A stretch of DNA of 64,000 nucleotides, from positions 930,001 to 994,000 of the forward strand of contig NC_134031.1 of NCBI RefSeq assembly GCF_964204645.1, in the 5' to 3' direction. Made by a program: the position numbers and the translations under genes. The stretch's first letter is position 1, and each line of letters starts with the position of its first letter. This document shows positions 1-15,400 of the stretch, piece after piece. The notes beneath the pieces were generated by a model. That model was not told the DNA's origin. It made no database searches and saw only the letters and a program-made list of their open reading frames with translations. Source of the stretch: Tubulanus polymorphus. Its lineage: Eukaryota; Animalia; Nemertea.

Positions 1-453
1 CAACCTAAAAAGCTGTTTCATAAATACGTACATACTTCTACGAGAGACTATGTATAGAATAGACACGTTTGTGTGAGAATAAAGCTGTTAAGTGGCTGTT
101 CATTGAAATATGTGTCGTCTCGCTATATTTGTACTTAGTGTCAAGATCATGCATGAACGACATAATATTCTCGAACAAAATAACTGGAAATGACGTCGTT
201 TGAAACATTTTGATATCTACGATATATTTTGTAATATTCATAATTCCCCAAAATCTTATAGTAGTCCGGTCTATATTAGAGATATCAGGAAGTTCGGTCT
301 GCAAAATTACATCATATCACAAAATATCTATCAACTTCTTTTTAACAGTTTCGAGTGTTCTGAAATGAGACATTTTTCTCTGATATTTTTTCCTGTTCAA
401 AATGTCACTGGAATATGATGGTATATATATATATATATATATTGTGTTTGCAG

Positions 454-3400
454 GTCAACTTGGTTGTTCGATAAAACCGTGTCTGAACGGCGGAACCTGT
501 AAACCTGACACTAATGTAGACTATGTATGTCAATGCACTGCAGGTAATGTTACATTCGCTATGAAATATAATCTGTGCGAATTCTTTCCAATCTTGAGTC
601 AAATATTGATTAAATATTCCGCCTCTCGAGAGAAATCAATCTTCTCAAACAATATGTAACGTCTTATGAAATTTAAATGACTTCAGGAGCCGTTCATTTC
701 AAGTACATAGGAATCCATGGGAGGAGAGGGATAAACAATGGGATACCTAAATGAATACTTATAACTAAGTACTTGCAGGAGTCTCCAAAATTTTCCATAC
801 ATACTTCATGTAAAGCCCGCCTGAATATCTACTAGTGAATGAGATGCTCAAAAAAATTTTGGATTTGATTTTAAACTTTCATGACATTGTTTTATTATAT
901 CTCGGTTGTCTTGGATACAACCTTAACTATGAAATACCTCGAATTTCGCTGGTTTCAGTTGAAGATAATGTTAATGAATTGTTTTGCAGCTTACAGCGGC
1001 AGAAATTGTCAAACAAAAATCAACTATTGCGGTTCGTCGCCGTGTAAGAACAGAGGAATCTGTTCCGATCAACCGAGTAACTATACGTGTAGCTGTGCTG
1101 GAACAGGTACAGTCAAACATCAATCCCTTCGCACTGTGAATAAAAAGAGTCTGAAATGTCTTCTTGAGTTCAGTGTTTCAATTATATTATTTCAATTATA
1201 GTTGTCGTCTTCGGTTAGATAATTCAGTTGTAACCTCAGTACCTGGTATTCCTGAAGATGACTATTAGGATAGTCAATGTTTAGTAAGCTACCTTTAGCT
1301 CGAGGAAACATTTTTGACTGTTATTTTTTTCATGTATTTCCTGTTTTAGCTTTGTACATGTTTTAATTATTGATGATTGCGTTTGCGTTTCAGGATACGG
1401 AGGATCGCAGTGCACTAATAACATCAATGAATGTTTGAACAATCCCTGCCAGAATCAAGCACCGTGCGTTGATATGCCTGGTACATATATATGTAATTGT
1501 CCTCCCGGATATACAGGACAGAATTGTGAAATGGTACGTCATTCTACCAAAAAATCATCATCAAGACTTATCTTTCATTATATTAACTTCCCGAGGACAT
1601 TGCTATAAAATGAAAACTGATGCAGGCTTTATTTATTCGGTAGAATGTGACTAAATGTATGTCGAGTCCATGTCGTAATGGAGGAGTATGTACAGACAGT
1701 GGAAACTCTTATAACTGCACATGTCCTAATGGATTTACGGGTAGAAACTGTGAGAATGATGTAAATGATTGTTTGGGCGTCACTTGTGCTGCTAATAGAG
1801 AATGCATCGATATGAATAACACTTATTCCTGTAACTGTAAAACAAACTTCACCGGTAAGTCCTTATAACTGACACCTTCTAACTGACAGTCACTGTGTCA
1901 GTGTTAACTCTGAACTCAGGATCCAGTTCCACAGTTGTGAGTTAGAGCTAACTCTGAACTCTGGATGCAGTAGTCCTTTACAGTTGTGAGAATTTGAGTT
2001 AACTCTGAACTCAGGATCCAGTTCCACAGTTATGAGTTAAAGTTAACTCCTAAGACGTGTTAATTTTCAATGAGTAAACTCCGATGAGTCGTTTCATAAC
2101 TTACTACCGAAGAACTGGATTCAGGATGATATCTATGACTATCGCTGGAATAATCTGTTGGTTAAATTGTAGGTATAGCTAATGATACAAGTGCGTGTCA
2201 GGATATTGATGAATGTCAACCTTCAAATCCTTGTTTAAACGGTGCTAATTGTACGAATCTGATTGGTGGATATAACTGCACGTGTGTGGCTGGTTACATC
2301 GGTAATCATTGTGAAACAAAGATCAACAAATGTGTTCCTAATCCGTGTAATAACAGTGTGAGGTAAGATCAATTATATTTCAGTAATCTGAGGGTGACAG
2401 CTAACCAGGAGAACCTGTGTAAATCACTGAACACACGCCAAAGAATCACATATTGCCTAGAATCACATATTGTTTGATCATATGGACAGTTGAGTACTTT
2501 CTGTTTTAGATGTAAAGATCTATTGAATGATTTTCAATGTGAATGTTTACGCGGCTGGGGCGGCAAAACATGTTCTACTAACATCAACAATTGCAACCCA
2601 AACCCGTGTCAAAATGGAGTCTGCGCTGATCTCGTAAGTTATATTCATTTTCATTATACATACCGGTACAATCAAACTTGTTCCTGTTCTCATATTATGA
2701 ACTGGATCATCTATTGCAACTTGAAACATCCAAATGATGAATTAGGCTCAGTGAATTGATTCGGGACTCTAAAATACAGATGACGACTAACACTTTGTCA
2801 ATTGTATTAGAAATACAAATCGAGATTCAGAAATATGGATGACTTCAGTCGACTTATTTGAAGATGACTGAATCGAATTTGACTGTAACTTTTTCTCACT
2901 TGGTTTAGTGTCTACAATAATAGAAGCACCTGGTTCCGCAGTTCTCTGTTAGATTAGTTTATTTTTTTCTGTTAAGAAGTCAAATATAACTGTTTGAACT
3001 GGGTCCAGATTGCTTGAATATTGACGCTTGAGTTGAATTCATACTTTTTCAGTAAGTTTGACTCTGGAATCAAATCTTAACTCACTCATCACTCTGGAAG
3101 CGAGTGCAGTATTGCGAGTTTGATGCGAGAGAGTAAAATTGTAATCGTTCTATTTCAGATTGATGGTTATAACTGCACTTGTAATAAAGGATTTGTTGGA
3201 TTACGTTGTCAGAGTCTGTATAAATCCTGTTATCCGAACCCGTGTAAGAATTACGCGACTTGTGTGAATAAAATCGCTGATTATCAATGCAATTGTCAAC
3301 CTGGCTACAAAGGTAAATATCTTTATCTATATCAGTAGACTGTTACTCCATTAGATTTACTAGGAGGTAGCTGAAGATTATTGCGAGGCAGTTGAGAGTG

Positions 3401-6400
3401 ATGACGGGTTCTCATGGCATGAATTGGGATAGGAAATTATCTGATATTTTGTAGTGTGGCATGTGATGATCTGATGCTATGGGCTCCGTGCCAAGAGAGT
3501 GTGATCCTTAACAGATCCATGATCTGCAGAGAAAAGTTTTAGGGGATCAGGGGATTCCGGATTAATTTTTCCCTCAGGCAATCCCCGCTGAGAATATCTT
3601 ATGTATAGTTTAATCAGGGAATTTTTCGTCAATTTAGGATCCCCTGATCTGTTAAGTAAACCCTGATTTATGAGGGTTGATTTATATGAATTTTGTAGGT
3701 AAACATTGTGAGATCGATATCAATGAATGTCAACCGGTGAATCCCTGTCAGAATAACGGAGTGTGCTCGCATTTAGTAGCTGATTATAACTGTTCGTGCG
3801 CAGCTGGATGGATGGGTAAAAACTGTACGCAACCATACGACGCGTGCTCGTTCAAACCATGCGCAAACAGCGCCACTTGTACGACGACGATACCGCAGAC
3901 GCAGTACGCGTGTCAGTGTCCGCCTGGTTTCAACGGCACTAACTGTGATAATAACATCGATGATTGCATCGGAGTGAAATGTCCGAATGGTCAAGTGTGC
4001 TTCGATCTCGTACAGAATTATAAATGCGCATGTCCTACAGGTAAATATTCATTTTCATTCAATCGTAGAGAGTTTTAGAGATTGAGTGGTTTAAATCATT
4101 GAACCCTAACTGGTCTCTCGTAAATCAGTCATCGGTTTAAATCCTAGTGAAGCTTCTTGTCCAATAGTTCTTCTCTGATCTCTCATCCTTCAATTGAGAA
4201 AATGAAACCTTGAACCTACTAATACCCTGAGTAACGAAGCTGTGTGGGTTGAGAGTAACCTGCTAATACCCTGAGATGAGAAGCTGAGTGGATTAAGAGT
4301 AACCTGTTTAAACTGCCCTGATATACTATTGGATTAAATCATTTAACCTCATGACGTGACCACGGCCTTTGAAGTGTTGCCCGCACACTGTAAGCAGCCA
4401 GCAGGACTCGTATCCGCTTGTTACTCAGCGCTGATAGCGGATGCATCAGCATCACGCCTTATCTCACTGAGCTACTCGGGCCGTGTCCAATTGATTTAGG
4501 AAATTTCTGCTTAAATAAAGAATATTTTGGAAGATGAGACAATCTTTAGATATCCCTAGAGTGTACTTTAAAAAAAAAACCATTGTATTTTTAGGATTTG
4601 ATGGAGTGAATTGTTTGAATAATATACAGGAATGTGTAGTGAATGGAAACCCGTGTTTAAACGGAGGTCGGTGTAAAGATGGGATCGGTGATTATACGTG
4701 TGAATGTCTTCAGGAAACGATCGACCTGACCCCGTACGTCAATGAGTTCCGTGTCTATACGACTGGCTGGACCGGTAAAAACTGTCAGACCAGTATCAAC
4801 GAATGCGCTTACAAACCGCCTATCTGTCTGAACAGTGGTCGCTGTATAGAACTTTCTGGATTCACTAAATTTGAATGTGGTTGCGTTTCACCACAAGTCG
4901 GATATTATGCAACTGGTAAGTTGAACAATCTTTATGAAGAAATCTTGCCAATGATTCAATGAATTTCCGCATTAAGCTTGCGTCAATCTTAACAGTTGAT
5001 TCATCAATTAAGCAGTTCTTTGTCTAGTTCTTTGGTTAAATTAAGCAGTTGTTTAGTTAATTAAAGCCACCGGTCACTGGTCTCGTCAATCCAGGGTTTA
5101 TGGGTTCAAACCCTGTGTGGCGAAAGTTCTTCTCTGGTCTCTCCCCCATTGGGAAAAAGAAACATCAAACCCGGTTATAATGCCCTGCGTGGGGCTTTGC
5201 GGGTTGAGGGTGTTTATAAAAAATTTAAGTAGCTCTTTAGCTCTTCAATTAGATTAAGGAGATCTTTGCGATATTTTCAATGCGTTTTATTTTGTCAGGT
5301 CGATTTTGTGAAAAAGTTGAAGGTTACTGTAAGACGAATCCTCCATCTTGTAAGAATAATGGAACATGTATAGGAGTTGATGGTGGATTTGATTGTCGAT
5401 GTCTGCCTGGTTTCACTGGTACGTACCTGTGTGTGTGTGCAGTTTATAAATACAGCTAAATTATCAATTTTCAGTCAATAATAAATTGAACTAAGATGAT
5501 GGCTTCACTGTGTTGAGACCACGGTCCAACCACCAAACTATCATAGCTGAAATAACCAGGGCCCAGTTGCATAGTCATGGCTTAGACTTGAGTAAGCCCT
5601 TGGGTTAAGGTTAAAACTGATCTATAAAGCCAGTCCAAGTAGTTCATTTTCACAGGCAGGTTTATGGATTGATAATAACTTTCACCTGGTGAATTGAATT
5701 GAGTTAATACTCAGGGTCAGTTCCACAGTTGTGAGTTAAGATTTGACTCAAGATTTAAGTCATTGAAACTCACAAAAAAATGAACTACTAGTTAGTTCAA
5801 TATCAGGATTCATTCTAACTCAATACTGTTGAACTGGATTCAGAGTCAAATTCTGAAGCCATTTTCACAGATCTCAGTTAAACTTCAACTTCAGAATTAA
5901 AAAACATTGAAGATGAACTGATTTCCTCCCTAAGGAGAAATATAGAACTGGATCATCGGTTCATAAGTTTATTTTGTTCTGTTTTTTAGGTGATGATTGC
6001 GGAGTGAATATCAATGATTGCGAATTAAACCCGTGTTTTAATAACGGTACCTGCGTCGATGAAGTGAACGGATTCACGTGTAATTGTCCTTCCGGATTCA
6101 ACGGAAAACAATGCGAAAATAACATCAATGAATGTTTGACGAACCCGTGTAAGAACAACGCTCGATGTATCGACACTCTCGGCAGGTACTGTATCGTACG
6201 CATAGCATCCTGTTACATGGTTCAGGTTAGGGTCGGATTCCACAGACAAAAGACTGGAAATGATTTAATTAAAGAAAAAACTCAATTATGAACGCAAAAT
6301 CATGTTCCGACTCAATTCTACGAGCCATTTTCAAAACTGTCAGGAAAACTGTTCATAGAAATTAGTCAAAACATCAAATACTCAATTAAAAATTGTGGGT

Positions 6401-9400
6401 TTTTTTCAACAAGTGGTTGACGTTGATGGTAGATACAAATGCAGTTAAATCTGTTCGTTTTGAATAAGAGAATCAAATCAAACTCTGAACTGTGAAACTT
6501 GGTCCCGTTTGGAAATGTGCATGTATCTCTGCTAAAAGAAAGCCAAAAACTTGAGTTCCCTGCACGTAGAATTTCAAAGAAAGTTTTGCTCATTGAAGTC
6601 TGAGGAGTCAATCATTCATGACCCTCGTTCATCAAACATTATGAAGGTTATGAATATGTATATATATGTGTACTGTATATAGGTTTCGAGGACATACAGT
6701 CACGACTAGTAGGCCTATACCTGATGATCAACGGTAATCATTAAAACCACATTTTATAAAGCATGAATTCACAACATGTTCGATCATCAAGATCATTTTG
6801 ATTCAGTTACAAATCTTGTTGATTCGAAGTTTTGACTACAGTTTACTACAGTTCAAGGCATGTTTTCATCAATTATTCATTTATTTACTAATCATTCACT
6901 ACTAACTAAAACTAGAATCAAAAGAAGATAAAGTTTCACAAACTGAAGCATGGTTCGAATCTAACCCCCAAACCTGTACACGATGTTACAAATTTCAGCT
7001 GTTTTATTCATTTCTCGTTAAAAAGACAAGTTCTTTATTAAAATGAATGCATTATTCAAAACTTAAAGAATAAGGACATAAGTTATACACGTAGGTTGTG
7101 CAGAATGCATTGTGTTATTATTGCTTGATTCTTTTTGCATCCACCAAAATCTGGTCATGAAAACAAAAATTCCATTCAGTAGACATGTGTTAGATATTGA
7201 TTTCATCGTGAGAAATCTACTATTATCTATCTGTATGTGTGTGTGGTTTTATTTTTAAGCTATAAATGTGACTGCACTGGTACTGGTTTTATTGGTGCTA
7301 CATGTGAACTGAACGTCAACGACTGCATGCCGGATCCGTGTCAAAATAACGCGACCTGTACTGATCTGATCAAGGTACGTGTTCCAGGAATTTCAGTAAC
7401 ACCAAACTCGCCATGCCCTCTGTTATATCCACTGATCATAGTGAACAGCAATGTAATTTAAAGAAGGGCTTTTAAAACGGAAAGAGGAGAGTGAAAACCA
7501 AATCATTCATTAAATGTACCTTCGGAATGCTATGTCTCCGAATCCAGGGCTCCCACATCACGGTAGCCAAATAAGTCAGGAATATACGTAATTTAGCCGT
7601 AGAGAGTCTCTGTCTCAATACAGATGAAAAATAGCGAAAAACTGAATTTGGATGAGCCACAATTTACCCTTGAATTCTGTTCTATGTAAGAATGAGTTGA
7701 TTGTTTATAATTATGTTTTGATTGTAGGATTTCAACTGCCGTTGTCCGGCCGGTTACGAGGGTAAAACGTGTCAGATTGATATAGATGAGTGTTTACCCG
7801 TTAACCCTTGTTCTCACGGAGGGGTCTGTCTACAACGTTCTAATCAATCCCTATATGGTAGTAATATCCCCGGGTTTGAAGGTAGTTTCAGTTATGATAA
7901 AGCTGCAGGATTCGTCTGTCAATGTGCTGCCGGATATGAGGGTAAGATTTTCATTCACAATTCTGAATTTCCTTCTCAATGATTTCTGCGCTTAGAAAGT
8001 AGAATTCTCCTTAGATTTGAGAGCAGTTCACTCAAAAACCTGACCTGTACCAATAAGTTTCTTGCAGATCGGGGAAATCAGACAATATCAGTGAATTCTG
8101 ACCATTTTCTTAAAAAATCAGGGAATTTGAATCTTTGTTGTCTTGTTGTTCTGGCTGGTGACGAATGGCACGAGGAACCTCAAATAACCCACTGAGGATA
8201 TCTAGTTATTTAATCTGGGAATTTCGGTCAAGAGTCAGGGAAATATCGGGGAATTTTGGATTCCTGATCTGTAAGAACCCTGAATACCGAGTAAGGTAGA
8301 ATCTGCTGTATATAAGTATTATTAATGATAGATTTATGTATTTATTTTAAGGGGTTCAATGTAAAACAGATATAAACGAATGTAATCTTTGGACTCCGTG
8401 CGTGAATGGAACGTGTGTCGATCGCGTCAACAATTACACGTGTAACTGTAACCCCGGTTACGAGGGTCGCAACTGTTCCGTCGAAATAAACGAGTGTACG
8501 ACGTATAACCCGTGTTCGCAGAACGGCGCCATCTGTATCGATCTGATAAACGATTACCGGTGTAAGTGTCGCGTGTTTAACGGCGTTTTATACGGAGGTA
8601 AGAACTGCACGACCGAACTAACGGGCTGCGTCGGTAATCAGTGTCAGAACGCAGCCACGTGTACGCCTTACCTTGTTAACGAACAAACGATGACTCATAA
8701 TTATACGTGCACGTGTCCGCACGGATATACCGGGTATTACTGTAATCATACGACTATTTCGTCATACGCCGGTAATACGTACATGCTCGTACAGACGAGC
8801 GGTAATACATCGCTGCGGATACAGCTCAGTTTACGCACGACTCTTCCGAACGGAATAATCCTCTACGCGGGCGACGTCGTTACTAGTTACGTAATTCTCG
8901 AGCTTTTAGCCGGAAAACTGAAATTATCGTATAAACTCATCAACGACGCGAATCATCAATCATTGACTCATGATTTAACGCTGAATGACGCGAGTTGGCA
9001 CCGAGTTGAGATAATCATCGAATCCAGCGGAATCCGACTGTTTGTTTACGATAAATCGTGCGCTCAATCGCGATGTCCGCTTTCACCGATCAGTTTCTCG
9101 CTGGGAAAAACCATCGCGACGACGGCGCTCTACTTCGGTAGCCGCAGTCCGAACGTCTCGATAGGAGCTTCCGATACGAACTTCGTCGGTTGTTTACAGG
9201 ATATAGTGGTAGATGGCGTTACCGTACGACCGGCGGACCAGCTGACGAGCTCTAAGAATCTAGTTGAAGGATGTCCTCGAACTCCTCAATGCGTACCTAA
9301 CCCGTGTAATGGAAAAGGGTCGTGTATCGATAAATGGAATCAGTTCCAGTGTGTTTGTAATCGCCCGTACTACGGAACTAACTGCTCTTTACGTAAGTTT

Positions 9401-12400
9401 TTAAATTATATTCAAGTCATCATCGCATAAGTCGTCAAATTGCTGAAGACATCTCTCTTTCTGAGTTTCAATTTGTATTTGCAAATTAGTTTACTAAATA
9501 GTAGTCATCATTTTTCAATTCTAATTTCTATTTCTTCAAGACCCAGTTCCACAGTTGTGAGTTAGAGTTAACTCTGAGTTAAAATTAGTTCATTTTCAAT
9601 GAGTTAACTCAGGGTCAAATCTTAACCCCGAACTGTGGAACTGGACCCAATTTTGCGATTTAGTCGTCTTCAAAATAACTATGATAACTTAAAAGCGAAT
9701 TTGACTTCATCTGAAATGAAGAGTATTCAGAATTTTTCCTTTAGTTTTCCTGAATGAAGAATTAACCTGGTGTTTGTAATGTGAATGTTTTGTAGAGTAT
9801 AACGCTGCTACGTTTGGTTTGAACTCAACGGCTGGATTCGTACATTTCATCGTTCCCTCGGTTCGCGCTCAAAAAATCGCCGATTCCGGCAAAGCATCGC
9901 TTTCATTTCTGATTAGAACCCGACAACAAAACGGCTTCGTATTCTATTACGGGTCCGACCCGGCAACCGCAACTAATCAACAATACACGATCCTCGAAGT
10001 GGTTAACTCCCGTCTGAATCTACGAGTGAAATTATCACAGACCGAGCAACAATTCACCTCGACGACCGTCGTTAGCGACGGGCAACAATACCTGGTAGTC
10101 GTCGATCGATCGAAGGATAAACTGAGATTAACGAGTAACGGTAATCCGGTATTAGACGTTACGATTAATCCGTATTCCAGTCCGGAATTACCGGCTACCG
10201 ATATCTACGTCGGTAGTATCCCGGTGACCTCGTCGCCGCCGACGACCGGCAGACGTAGACTGTTACAGCAGACGAACTCGTTAATGAATCAACCGTCTTA
10301 CGTCGGTACCGTACAGAACGGAATGTTAAACAATATTCATTTAGAAATGTTACCGAATACGCCGGGAGCGGCTGTGCCGGCGCTTAACGCTAAAACATCT
10401 GCGAATATAAAACCGGGCGAAGTTACTGCTCCGATCTGTGCTTCAAAACCCTGTGAACGCAACGCCACCTGTACTGATGTATTCTACAATGATTTCAAGT
10501 GAGTATTTTACATTTCATTTCATTTGATGCTAAACCTCAGCAAACCCGTAAACACTGGGACTGGAAAATTAATTCAAATTAGAAATTGGAAACATTGATA
10601 CCAGAATATCAGAAAATGTTTTGAATTTTTGCTCCAGTTTTTGAAAAGTCTGTTTGGTAAGGTTTACTCTTTGAAGTTGAACTTTAGTTTGTGGGATATG
10701 TAAAAGATGCGATGTCACTTTATAGATATACAATAGATTGTCTCCCAGGCAGCAAGTGAATTCCGGGTTAGTCACAGCATGAATTAGAGTAGGAACATTT
10801 TAAACATTCTGTCTGCGATAATCCGAAACAATCTAAGTCTACTGTATTATGTATTTCTACCAGAAGGTGGCAGCCTTGTAGTTCTCGTAGAAGTCTGGTA
10901 GATACACCTATACATCGCTAATAGCTCCTGATTTGTCAATGAGATTTTTTCTTAGAATTGTTTTAAATGTGTGCTAGGACAAGCTGTGTATTTTTGCACA
11001 CTTAACTGTGTCCAAAATGTAGGAAAAGTTCCTATAAATGACTACTTATATAAATAGGTTTACTTCATACCTGTCAGTCAATATCCATTGTGTCTCAGGC
11101 AAATTAGAAATTCTATTTCTATGTAATTTCGCCTGAGTTCATGACGTTGAAAAAAGTACAAAAATGCATGTTTAGAATACAATACCGGTATTTGTACATA
11201 CAGCATGGGGTAGACTTTAGCTAGCTATAGTCAAACTATATTGTATTAGCTATATCTACTTGGATAAACTACTGGTACATAAATAGCTATGACTGTTTTA
11301 GCAAGGTAGCTATATCTACTTGATAAAGCTCCTGGTAGCTAAGTCATTCTATGATTGATTTAGCTAGGTAGCTATATTAGGTAGCTGGTAATCACACTAA
11401 TGGAATGTATGCGTTATTGGCTGCATGTGTTATATTACGTACGTGATTATGAATCCTATATTCGGATCAAACCATTCAATACGGTATAAAATCAATAATT
11501 GATTGATATCGGTGTTAATTAGATTAGACTGAGCTAGTGGATCGCGCAGTGCTTATCAACTATCAGTTGTGCTGATATACCGCACAAACAGTGACAGTGA
11601 CCGTGGTCAATCTTCATTCTGATTCCGGATTATATATCAATAATCACACAGTTTGTCTTCACTCAGTCTAAGACACAATATGAGGAGATTCTCTACATAT
11701 ATTTCGCTAGTACAGATTTATGTACACAGATTGTGTGTGTTTGATTTGAAGTGATATTTGCTCGACAGTAATAGATCAAACAATTCAACTTTCACCTGAA
11801 ATATAATCTGATCGATCACATAGTGTTGTCTGATTCAGATATTCATGTGGTTGAACTATACGTCATTTATAGTGAAAACAACTTTAAATTAAGTGATTTC
11901 TGGAATGTTTCATACGCATGAAGGATGTTAATCTAGGAATCTTGTGTTATCTATGTTAGTTCTATGAACTGTTAAGAGATGGCGCTCTTGTTACAGTGTC
12001 TAGTATCTATCGCTATTCTTTCAGTGCTCGTACAGTAAGTAAACCACAGCGCCCCCTGCTGTCCTCGATATCTAAACCCGTACTTCGATATTGAATCTAC
12101 TCCTATTTTTCAGATGTAATTGTCCGGCAGGATTTACTGGTAAAAACTGCAGCGCGATGGAATTCTGTTATTACTCGACTTGTCCTCAAGGTGGCGTTTG
12201 TCGTAATAAGATCGATGGTTATGAATGTAAGTAACGCCCCCTCACTGAGATCTATCACACTAGAATCAGAGAGAACTCTTACAATCTCCTTACAGATCAC
12301 GGAATCTGAATTTATTTATCCCTGCAAGTATAATAAGGGAATTCTGGCTGTTTCCTCAAAAATCCAAGCACTTAAAGGTTCTAACAGATAGGGAAAATCT

Positions 12401-15400
12401 AACGCTTTTGATGATAATGAAAAAGTCAGGGAATTCAAATTGTTGATGCCTAGTTGTTCTGACTAGTGACCAGTGGCAATAATAAACTCAATGATATGAA
12501 TCTGACCCATATTGTGGATATCTTATGATTCAGTCAAGAGCTGGAAAAATCAGGGAAATATCAAGAACCCTAAACATAAAGAGATATGATTTGAAATTGT
12601 ATATTTGTGTTTGTGATTTCAGGTATCGCTGCGGGAACATTCGACGGTAAAACCACCCTAGTTACGTATAAAACAACTGTCAATGCGACACGGACGATTT
12701 CAACGATATCGCTGAGTTTCAGAACTCGCGAACTCGTCGGAACTCTACTCTATACGTCGAACGCCGGGAATTCTGTTAAATTCTTACTTAACAATGGACG
12801 ATTGAAGGTTGAATTCTCGCTGGGCGTCAACGGTTTTATAGAATCGAATCAAACCATCAACGACGCTCAGTGGTACACTACCGTTTTAACATTCACCGGT
12901 TCACTGGTGAAATTAGACGTGAACGGAACTATAACGACCAGTCCGCTGACGCAACCGGCTAATAGTGTTACTACGGCGTTATCGGATAACGGTATATTCG
13001 TAGGCGGAGACGGACTGAGTAAGTTTAAAGGTTGTATCCGCGACGCGAATATCGGCTCGTTTAATTTACCGTTTTTCCTCCAATCGAAACTCGTCAACGA
13101 TTCGAGCGTCGAGAAATTCGAAATCGTCTCGAAACCGGCGTTTATAATCGGTTGCCACGGAGACGACGTGTGCGGCCCGAAACCGTGTAAGAACGGCGGC
13201 AACTGCAGCGACATCTGGAATAAATACGAGTGTAAATGCGTGCTGGGATTTAACGGAACGAACTGCGGGAATAATATCGATGATTGTCCCGGCAATAACT
13301 GTTCAACAATCGGAACTAATCAATGCGTGGACGGTGTTAATAGTTACAACTGTAGCTGTAAACCGGGTTATACCGGTACCTGGTACGTTCATCTCTTTAT
13401 CATAAATACTGATTCGTACTTCTCTCAAGAGAGACCGGGAAATACCTCGTCATTAAAATCTCTTTATCATCAATATATATTCAAAATAGGAGCAAAAATA
13501 AATATTCACAATCGAAACATAGTTCGGGCAGTATCGGCGAATCAGGGAAGCGCTGCTGGAATTCTGAATCCCACTGTGGGAGATGTTTTATATCTGTCAA
13601 AGATGGATAGATTTTTGATTTGTATGAAACCTGTAGCTATGATCCTTTACCGTGGTAACGAGGCTGATGTACTAGATCTAGCTCGGCTGACGTATATAAG
13701 TGATGGGTTACTTTTATAAGAGTAATTGGCAGTGTACTGTTCCCAGGCCTCCATAGGTGTCGGGAAAATTCACCCTGAACTGTCTATTTGATACAGATAT
13801 AAACTATTTCTGGTCTGATACCATTTTAAACGAGATTTTCTCAAATTCTATTATGTATTTTTTGTAAACAGCTTTAATTGGCCATAATAGATATCATTGT
13901 TATTAACATCCATGTATTTTTAGGTGTGAAATTGATATAAATGAATGCGATTCGAACCCTTGTAAAAATGGATCTGTCTGCGTTGATAAAGTCAATGATT
14001 TCTTCTGTAATTGTTCAGCTAATTTCACTGGTAAAGTGTGCGATACTCCGGTAAGTTCACAATATTCATATACGCTCATCAAATGAAGATGTCATACGCT
14101 TATCAATGCGGTAAAACTTCGCAATGACTCTGTGCGAAAGACAAGTAAAATATAAATTGCACAATTACGAGATCGAAAAGTCTTGATATTCCTTGATAAT
14201 GGTTTTAGTGAAAAACCAAAAATTCAGATTTTTGATGAATTTTTAATTTTTTGAAGATGTATTTGTTATATATCTTGATGAAATGTATTTCAGATGGATG
14301 AGAAATGTGACGCTCAACCTTGTAAAAATGGCGTCTGTTTCGATAAGAACGCCACATCTCCGAGTAACGTAAGCAAAAATTCACTTCCCGTTTGAGAAAT
14401 TCATGCAAATCATCAGTTACATCACAGTTACAGATCACAGTTACAGATCACAGTTATAGATCACGATAATATTCGATGTTTTTTATTGATATATAGATAA
14501 CGTACGCAACGTATGAATGTCAATGTAATCCTGGTTGGGAGGGACGAATTTGTGACACTAAAATCAACTATTGTAAAACAGCGCCGTGTAAGAATGGAGC
14601 CACTTGTAACAACGATTACACGATATATAACTATACGTGTAGCTGTAAACCAGGTACGTTTAGAAACAAAGATTGTTGCGACAATTATTCATTGCATAGA
14701 TACTGGGGTCAGTTGCACAGTCATGGCTTAAGTCTAGGACCATCTTTGTTCTATAACCAATCTAATAACTTACGTTAGACCAGTCTAAACTCTATTTTGG
14801 TTCTGTAACCAATCTAACAACTTCAGACCAGTCTAAGCTGATTTTGGTTCTCCAACTTAAGTTGTTAGATTGGTTAGGGAACCAAAATGAGCAAGACCAG
14901 TCTAAACTCATTTTGGTTCTCTAACCAATCTAACAACTTCAGACCAGTCTAAACTCATTTTGGTTCTCTAACCAATCTATGTAACAACTTTTAACAGATT
15001 TATGACCACTGTTGAACCTATTTAAATCATGACTGCGACTAGACCTTCATGTATGAACTATGAGTAAAAACATTTTGATTTTTGCAGGATACGATGGTTA
15101 CGACTGCGGGAATAATATCAATGAATGTTTACCAGATCCTTGCGTGAATGGTAATTGTACTGATGGAATAGCGAAGTACACGTGCTCTTGTGACTCAGGT
15201 CAGGATTTCAAAAATCATCCAGAAGTCAGTTCCGCAGTTGAGCGTTATAAATTGACTTTACGGTTGAATCATTGGAAATAGACTAACTACCGGTATATAA
15301 TGTAGAATCAAGCTTAACTGACATCTGTGGAACTGGATTATCAGTATTAGTTAGATGTTGATGATGTCGCGCTGGCTAGAATCCCCCAAACATCGCATTA

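Noticed and set aside
12047-12061. CTCF-like motifs (also near 22293 and 26480)
   Set aside because: Short matches that are common in repeats; function cannot be supported from sequence alone.
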